64,000 nucleotides of DNA from a virus. Taxonomy: Duplodnaviria; Caudoviricetes. The translations under genes and the position numbers were made by a program. Positions 57,771-64,000 of this stretch are shown here, in pieces. The stretch's first letter is position 1; each line of letters starts with the position of its first letter. The stretch spans positions 32,001-96,000 of IMG/VR virus record IMGVR_UViG_3300033066_001786. The stretch is one strand, 5' to 3'. The notes under the pieces are model-generated. The model did not search any database, was not told where the DNA came from, and worked only from the letters and a program-made list of their open reading frames with translations.

Positions 57771-58375
57771 GCAAAGATTTAATTCTTAAAAGTACAAAAG
57801 CATTTCACAAATTACCCGTTGCACATATGCAATGGTTTGATACTGATGCAAGCGGAGAACCATGTACAGGGCCTTGTGCAAAATGGCACGGTTATGACCG
57901 ATCTGTTATTTTTGAATTCTGCGGTACACCTGACGAACACGGTTGGATTGTTCCTTTTGGTAATCTGAAAGATGTTAGAAAATTCGTCGAATATTATTTT
58001 GATCATACTGCTGTTGCACCTGCTGATGACCCACGTATGAAAGACATTTTAGAAGCAGATGCAAAAGGCTTGGTAGATTTACGTGTTCTACCTTACGGCG
58101 TTTCGATGGAAATGAGTTCATTGTTTATATGGGAACAAGTAAACCCATATATCCAAAAAGTTACAAACGGCAGATGCTGGGTATCTAGAGTTGAATGTCG
58201 GGAACACGATTCTAATAGTGCATTCTTAGAAATACCAGAACATTTAGGCAGAAAAAAGATTGTATTAAACGAAAGCGAAATGTTACAAATGCGCAAAATA
58301 TGGCCAGTTTGCTCGCCCGCAGACGTACTACACAAATACAGTGTAATATCTTTATTCCCGGATAAAAAATTATGA
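57767..58375 (+). CDS. queD: 6-carboxytetrahydropterin synthase (QueD)
   Basis: AHMQW, CAKWHGY, FDHT, SMEM, EHDSNSA. Confidence 0.88.
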   Translation: MSKDLILKSTKAFHKLPVAHMQWFDTDASGEPCTGPCAKWHGYDRSVIFEFCGTPDEHGWIVPFGNLKDVRKFVEYYFDHTAVAPADDPRMKDILEADAKGLVDLRVLPYGVSMEMSSLFIWEQVNPYIQKVTNGRCWVSRVECREHDSNSAFLEIPEHLGRKKIVLNESEMLQMRKIWPVCSPADVLHKYSVISLFPDKKL

Positions 58376-58605
58376 TGCTTCTGGAAATATTCGAAGCAAC
58401 AGGTACTTTCTTTGGTATATTAGGTTGTATTATTTTAAATATTTTATCTGCAAATCCGCCTATTTTGTTAATAAACAGTTTGTATATTATTAGTTCTATA
58501 TTGCTTGCATATACTTCTTATAAGAGAAATGCAAAATCAATTATGTGGTTGATGATATTCTACGGTGTAATGGGCATGTACGGCATACATAACCTTGGAG
58601 GTTAA
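58372..58605 (+). CDS. Small three-TM membrane protein
   Basis: Three hydrophobic segments. Confidence 0.65.
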   Translation: MMLLEIFEATGTFFGILGCIILNILSANPPILLINSLYIISSILLAYTSYKRNAKSIMWLMIFYGVMGMYGIHNLGG

Positions 58606-58606
58606 T

Positions 58607-59035
58607 ATGGATAATTTTTATATTGCAAGAGAACAACAAAAAACAATATTTCATAATTTGAAAACACTTTATGTGAAAGGTGTTGATTTCGATCCAAACG
58701 AAATTAGAAGTTTAGCACATGTTAATAATTGTGAGCACGTATATTTAGGTGCAGATCGTTCTCTTGCAACTTCCGAATATATGCATTATTTCCAATTTCT
58801 AGAAGATACTATCGAGTATTTAATCAGAAACAAAAATTGTGTCTCCCTTGAGATTCCGCATAAATACTATGCAAAATTTTTAGAAAACTCAAAACACACT
58901 GATAATGATTTTTTCAACTTAGTATTAACTGTTGAAGTTAACGATATACCTAGAACTAAAAATGTAACATTTGGAATTGTAGCAGGCAACAATGTTGTTC
59001 ATTCTGTATCTTTCCAAGAAGGAAAAAATATATGA
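58607..59035 (+). CDS. Truncated paralog of the next ORF (likely start 58607)
   Basis: GGAGG SD; TLYVKG...NCEHVYLGA. Confidence 0.65.
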   Translation: MDNFYIAREQQKTIFHNLKTLYVKGVDFDPNEIRSLAHVNNCEHVYLGADRSLATSEYMHYFQFLEDTIEYLIRNKNCVSLEIPHKYYAKFLENSKHTDNDFFNLVLTVEVNDIPRTKNVTFGIVAGNNVVHSVSFQEGKNI

Positions 59036-59574
59036 AACGGGATTACACTACTGGCGAAAAACAAGATATTATATTTTTCGTCGGAAAGGAAATCGAACCT
59101 TCCTCTTTTTATATGATGCAGACATTGTTTGTAGTTGGGTTACAGTCTACAGATAAAATAGTAGAACTGGCTAAATTACATAATTGCGAACATGTATATC
59201 TAGGTGCAAATAAATCTAATATTTTACAATTACTAAATACTGGTCTCTTAGATACTGCTATTAAGGATTTAGAAGAACAAGTTGGCAAATTAATAGATAA
59301 TAATCTAAAAGTGACAATTGATACATCTCATAGTAATTATGGAACATTTTTAAATTATTTTAAATATATTGATTCTGAGAACTTTAATTTAATGTTATCA
59401 GTTGAAATGCCAAATATTAAGAAATTTAAAAATGTATCTGTTAAAATAGATGACACCGGATTCAAAGAAACAAACGACAATATAGTAGTTTATAGTTTTA
59501 AAGATGGCATTCAAAAAATGTCAAAAGTAGTAAGCTGGGACGAATACAGTCAGGATTTAATTATAAAGGAATAA
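59032..59574 (+). CDS. Hypothetical protein next to queD and the polymerase
   Basis: TLFVVG...NCEHVYLGAN...KIDD.GF..TN...W.EY. Confidence 0.7.
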   Translation: MKRDYTTGEKQDIIFFVGKEIEPSSFYMMQTLFVVGLQSTDKIVELAKLHNCEHVYLGANKSNILQLLNTGLLDTAIKDLEEQVGKLIDNNLKVTIDTSHSNYGTFLNYFKYIDSENFNLMLSVEMPNIKKFKNVSVKIDDTGFKETNDNIVVYSFKDGIQKMSKVVSWDEYSQDLIIKE

Positions 59575-59575
59575 C

Positions 59576-62497
59576 ATGTACATTGATGCACTATATGATA
59601 GAGAAAAAGAAATAATAAAAGTAGTAGAAAGAGTTAACGGAAAAAGAAATTATATAAATTACCCAGTAGATCATCATTTCTATGTAGACGATCCTAGAGG
59701 AACACACAGGACAATATACAATACGCCCGTTGCAAAAATAACACCGAAAACTGCAATGGAAAAAAATAAATTAATAAAAATGAATAACGGCAAAACTTGG
59801 GAATCAGACATTAACCCAGTTTTACGTTGCCTAGAACAAAATTATAAAGATTCGCCTTTACCTAATCCCCAAGTTGCATTTTTCGACATAGAAGTTGACT
59901 TTGACCCTGTAATAGGGTATTCGTCTGCACAAGAAGCAGCTAATCCTATCACGGCAATTGCAGTTCATTTGCAATGGCTAAATCAAACTGTGTGTTTAGC
60001 TATACCTCCTAAGACAATCACAATGGAAGAAGCAGAAGAAGCAGCTAAACGTGTGGGCAATGTTCTTCTGTTTGAATGCGAAGGAGAATTACTGCAAACG
60101 TTTCTAACGTTGATTGAAGATGCAGATATTTTAAGTGGGTGGAACAGCGACTTTTTCGATATAGTTTACACAACAAATAGAATAATTAGATTGTACGACG
60201 AAAACGAAACCAGAAAACTTTGTCTGTGGAATTTAAAACCTAAAAAGAAAGAAATTGAACGCGGCGGAGAAGTAACAATATCGTATGAGTTGTTAGGCCG
60301 TATTCATTTAGATTACATGGATTTATATAAAAAATATAGATTAGAAGAAAGACAAAGCTATTCACTCGATAACATATCGTCTATTGAATTAGGAGATAGC
60401 AAAGTACCATATGAAGGTACACTTGATCATTTATATAAATATGACTTTGAAAAGTTTTTAAGATATAACATACAAGATACAGAGCTTTTAGGAAGATTAG
60501 ACGACAAGTTAAGATATATATCTCTTGCAAATTCTGTTGCACATACCGCACCTGTTAGAATACAAGATACTATGGGCACAGTAACAACAACTGAAACATC
60601 CATTGTTGTACAAGCACATGCCGAAGGATTAATCGTGCCGGATAAAAAACGTGGCGAGCACGGTAAAAAAGCTGCAGGCGGGTGGGTATCAGAACCCAAA
60701 ACAGGTCTTAAAAAGTGGATAGGGGTATCAGATATAAATTCTCTGTATCCGTCTACTATACGTGCATTAAATATGTCACCTGAAACGATAATCGGTCAAA
60801 TCAGAACAGACGAAACAGATAGTGCAATTGAAAATTTTATAGCTGCATCTAAGAAGAATTCGTTTGCACTATGGTGGAACGATAGATTCTCAACATTAGA
60901 AATGGAAAATTATTTTTCAGATAACATTTCTAACAAACTAATACTAGATATGGAAGACGGTAAATCTTATACGGTTACGGGTGCAGATTTAAGAGCATTA
61001 ATATTAGAATCTGGTAAACCTTGGGCAATATCTGCAAATGGTACAATATTTAGTTTTGAGAAAGAAGGTATTATCCCTAAACTTTTAGCTACGTGGTATT
61101 TCGGAAGAAAGATCATGCAAGCATACGAGGGCGGGTACGAATATCTAATTGACACAAACGGAATAGAACTTCCATCTAATTTAAAAGGTAAAATATCTAA
61201 ATTGGATATCCCTTGTACTGCAGATGGCAAAAATGAAAAAACATGTTTCGATAAAAAACAGTTAGAAACTTTATTTAACGATGTTGTGGCGACAACTGAA
61301 TATTTAAAGTTACACGGTTTAACTGTAGTAAACGATAAGATTGTTGCGATTGATCAGAAATTAAATCGAGAATACATAGGGTACTGGAATCAACAGCAAC
61401 AAACGCGGAAAATTTTGTTAAATGCTTTATATGGTGGTTTGTTGAACGAGCACCACCGATTCTACGATCAACGATTAGGCCAAAGCACTACGTTAACAGG
61501 TAGATGTATTACTAGGCATATGGTTTCTAAAACAAACGAATTAATCACAGGCGAATACGACCATTATGGTAGTGCAGCAATATATTCGGATACGGATTCA
61601 AGTTTCTTTACTGCATACGAACAGTTAAAACCGCAAATCGAAAGCGGAGAAATAGAATGGACAAAAGAATCCGTTATTAAACTGTATGACGAAATTGCAA
61701 ACCTTGCATGTGATTCTTTCCCTGCGTTTTTAAATAGTACATTTAATGTACCTTTGGAAAAAGGCGCAATTATAAAATCATCTAGGGAGGTTGTTGCTAC
61801 AACCGGTATATTCATTAAGAAGAAAAGATATGCTCTTATGGTGTATGACAAGGAAGGAAAACGTCAAGACGTTAAAGGTTTACCCGGTAAACACAAAGTA
61901 ACTGGTTTAGATTTAAAGCGTTCTGACACGCCTAAACGTGTACAAGCATTCTTGTCGGGCATATTAAACGATGTGCTTACAGACGTAGCACAGGACGATA
62001 TAATAGCCAAAATAAGAGACTTCAAGGAAGAATATTATAATTTAGATCCTTGGTTGATGGGTGTGCCAAAATCTGTAAACGGGTTATCATCGTACAAACT
62101 TAAATTAGAAGCATATATGGCCGATAAGATGAAATATAGTAACGTTGCAAAACCAACTATACCGGGCCATGTAAACGGTTCTTTGAATTGGAACCATATG
62201 GTTGAAATCAACAACGATCGACATACGACTAAGGTATTAAACGGTTCAAAGATTGTAGTTTGCCAACTTAAAGAAACCGACACAAATAAAATGTCAAGTA
62301 TTGCATATCCGACAGATGAAAAACACTTGCCTGATTGGTTTACAAGTTTACCCTTCGATAAAGATATAATGCTTGAATCTGTAGTCGATGGCAAAATACA
62401 AAATTTACTCGGTGTATTAAAATGGGATCTGTCAAGGACAGATAAAAAAGCAGTATTGAGAGAAAGTTTATTTGATTTTTCAAAGATAAACGTTTGA
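59576..62497 (+). CDS. Family B DNA polymerase
   Basis: FDIE, GWNS..FD, YN..D, DINSLYPS, KILLNALYG, YSDTDS, KKRY, GL..KRSD. Confidence 0.96.
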   Translation: MYIDALYDREKEIIKVVERVNGKRNYINYPVDHHFYVDDPRGTHRTIYNTPVAKITPKTAMEKNKLIKMNNGKTWESDINPVLRCLEQNYKDSPLPNPQVAFFDIEVDFDPVIGYSSAQEAANPITAIAVHLQWLNQTVCLAIPPKTITMEEAEEAAKRVGNVLLFECEGELLQTFLTLIEDADILSGWNSDFFDIVYTTNRIIRLYDENETRKLCLWNLKPKKKEIERGGEVTISYELLGRIHLDYMDLYKKYRLEERQSYSLDNISSIELGDSKVPYEGTLDHLYKYDFEKFLRYNIQDTELLGRLDDKLRYISLANSVAHTAPVRIQDTMGTVTTTETSIVVQAHAEGLIVPDKKRGEHGKKAAGGWVSEPKTGLKKWIGVSDINSLYPSTIRALNMSPETIIGQIRTDETDSAIENFIAASKKNSFALWWNDRFSTLEMENYFSDNISNKLILDMEDGKSYTVTGADLRALILESGKPWAISANGTIFSFEKEGIIPKLLATWYFGRKIMQAYEGGYEYLIDTNGIELPSNLKGKISKLDIPCTADGKNEKTCFDKKQLETLFNDVVATTEYLKLHGLTVVNDKIVAIDQKLNREYIGYWNQQQQTRKILLNALYGGLLNEHHRFYDQRLGQSTTLTGRCITRHMVSKTNELITGEYDHYGSAAIYSDTDSSFFTAYEQLKPQIESGEIEWTKESVIKLYDEIANLACDSFPAFLNSTFNVPLEKGAIIKSSREVVATTGIFIKKKRYALMVYDKEGKRQDVKGLPGKHKVTGLDLKRSDTPKRVQAFLSGILNDVLTDVAQDDIIAKIRDFKEEYYNLDPWLMGVPKSVNGLSSYKLKLEAYMADKMKYSNVAKPTIPGHVNGSLNWNHMVEINNDRHTTKVLNGSKIVVCQLKETDTNKMSSIAYPTDEKHLPDWFTSLPFDKDIMLESVVDGKIQNLLGVLKWDLSRTDKKAVLRESLFDFSKINV

Positions 62498-62550
62498 AAA
62501 CTATAATTTATTAGTATATAATTATCTACATAAAAATAAGGAGTTACAAG

Positions 62551-63291
62551 GTGTTATACGACAATTTAAAAGATATTTTAAAGCACACAAGGGGATTCTT
62601 CGAATCTGTAAAAATTAGTAATGTTGAAGGTTCTACTTTAGTAGAAGCTATCAACGAAAAGAAAACAGTAGTGTTGAGTTCAAAGCTTGTTAATACAATT
62701 ACTGAAATCGAAGGCTGCATCGGTTTTACAAGAATGGATATTATTAATGGCTTATTAAACTTTCCTGCTTTTACAGAAAAGACAGCTAAGATTGAATTTG
62801 TAAAAGAAGAAAAAGGCGGCGAAACTGTAATGTCGGAAATTAATTTCGACTCAGGTGTAGGTCATAATGCAGTATATCGTTTCATGCCAAATAAAATTGC
62901 AGAAAGACAAATTCAAGTGCCGCCATTTAAAGGTGTTACATGGGATGTTATTGTTGAGCCGACTAAAAAGAACTTATCAGATTTGTCATATTTTTATGGA
63001 ATCTTAGGTGCGATCGAAAGTGATTTTGCCGTAAGTGCAAAAAATGGCAAATTAGATTTTAAAATTGGAGGCTTAGGTGCAGATAGATCAGTTGTGCCTA
63101 TTGCAACCGGTATCACTGGTTCTTTGAGCTCCGAATGGTCGTGGCCGTTTAAAGATGTAATTGATATTTTAAAACTTGGCGAAACATCAAGTAGCAAACT
63201 GTATATTTCAAATCAGGGTGCTTTGAAAATCGAAATCAATTCCGGTTTAGGTGTATACGAATATATTTTACCTGCATCGTCTAGGAAGTAA
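62551..63291 (+). CDS. Sliding clamp (gp45-like)
   Basis: Size, two-lobed beta/alpha pattern, ISNQGAL.I...Y.YILPA end; follows the polymerase; promoter TTGAAA-N17-TATAAT at 62494-62522. Confidence 0.75.
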   Translation: MLYDNLKDILKHTRGFFESVKISNVEGSTLVEAINEKKTVVLSSKLVNTITEIEGCIGFTRMDIINGLLNFPAFTEKTAKIEFVKEEKGGETVMSEINFDSGVGHNAVYRFMPNKIAERQIQVPPFKGVTWDVIVEPTKKNLSDLSYFYGILGAIESDFAVSAKNGKLDFKIGGLGADRSVVPIATGITGSLSSEWSWPFKDVIDILKLGETSSSKLYISNQGALKIEINSGLGVYEYILPASSRK

Positions 63292-63292
63292 G

Positions 63293-64000
63293 ATGAGAGA
63301 TCTGAGCGGACTAAATCAAAAGAATGATTGGGCAACTTTTTTGCCTGCCATTTCAAGTTTCTATACTTCTACACTTGGTAGACAAAAAATAAATAGCAAT
63401 TATCATGCACAAAGTAGAATACCTTCTGGTTTTGAGAACGGGTTAGAAGGTATGAATTTCTTCAACGAAGACAAAGGATACTTTTATTACGATTCCGCTC
63501 TGTATTCTGCAGGACATGCTGTATTAGACTTAAATAAAAATCAAGATTTAGATTATATGATTTATAGTAGGTCTAAAGGAAAAACTGCATTAGTAGGCGA
63601 TTCCGGTGGGTTCCAAATAGGTAAAGGTGTAATTAAGTTCGATTGGGAAAACTTCTTCGAAAAGAAAGGCGATGCAAATTACAAAGGCAAAGCAGATCAG
63701 ACGCGCCTTAGTATTCTTAGATGGCTCGAAGCTACAGCAGATTGGTCAATGACGCTCGATGTTCCTGGTTGGGCATGCGAAGGTAAGAATAGGGAAATGA
63801 CAGGTTTAAACTCATTTGACGAATGTATGAAAGCTACAATACACAACAATGAGTTTTTCGAAAACAATCGTGTGCCTGGCAAAACTAAATTTTTAAATGT
63901 TTTGCAAGGTTCAAATGACGAAAATGCAGACATCTGGTACGAGGCTGTAAAAAATCATAATTTTGAAGGCTGGGCACTTGGTGGCGCGCATACTACTGAT
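63293..64000 (+). CDS. dpdA: TGT-fold DNA 7-deazaguanine transglycosylase (DpdA-like), truncated by the window end, absent from the ORF track
   Basis: Open from ATG 63293 to the end: FLPAIS...LYSAGHA...GDSGGFQIGKG...MTLDVP...FLNVLQG...GWALGG. Confidence 0.8.
   Translation, partial: MRDLSGLNQKNDWATFLPAISSFYTSTLGRQKINSNYHAQSRIPSGFENGLEGMNFFNEDKGYFYYDSALYSAGHAVLDLNKNQDLDYMIYSRSKGKTALVGDSGGFQIGKGVIKFDWENFFEKKGDANYKGKADQTRLSILRWLEATADWSMTLDVPGWACEGKNREMTGLNSFDECMKATIHNNEFFENNRVPGKTKFLNVLQGSNDENADIWYEAVKNHNFEGWALGGAHTTD

Noticed and set aside
1-64000. Stop-codon reassignment as seen in some jumbo phages
   Set aside because: Conserved genes are full length in the standard code, and TAG and TGA both end genes at tight junctions

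Overview
AT-rich, densely coding, mostly + strand segment of a large T4-like (jumbo) myophage genome, standard genetic code. It carries the recombination/replication core (gp32-like SSB, UvsX, UvsY, UvsW, primase, gp41-like helicase, clamp loader subunits, sliding clamp, family-B DNA polymerase), nucleotide metabolism (NrdAB, ThyA, dCMP deaminase, MazG, HAD nucleotidase), a 7-deazaguanine DNA-modification pathway (FolE, QueD, and a truncated DpdA/TGT-like ORF missing from the ORF track), a nearly complete protein quality-control set (ClpX, ClpP, ClpA, ClpS, FtsH, Hsp20, DnaJ, GroES), ribosomal protein bS21, PhoH, and late virion/tail-fibre genes. Two promoter classes are visible: sigma70-like -35/-10 pairs and a recurring late-promoter-like octamer GATAAATA. 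The most notable observations are: (1) a minimal DnaE (Pol III alpha) catalytic core split into two genes 34 kb apart, breaking exactly at a conserved junction and keeping all catalytic aspartates; (2) four consecutive intergenic regions (31.4-32.9 kb) with Shine-Dalgarno-sequestering hairpins, three coupled to an internal promoter and one a ROSE-like thermometer; (3) apparently leaderless late genes, including a cysteine-hydrolase with a capsid-targeting-like N-terminus; and (4) several degenerate folds (Hint, T-fold, portal-clip-like repeats). All calls come from motif recognition by eye; no database searches or folding calculations were run. No tRNA, rRNA or CRISPR array was seen.
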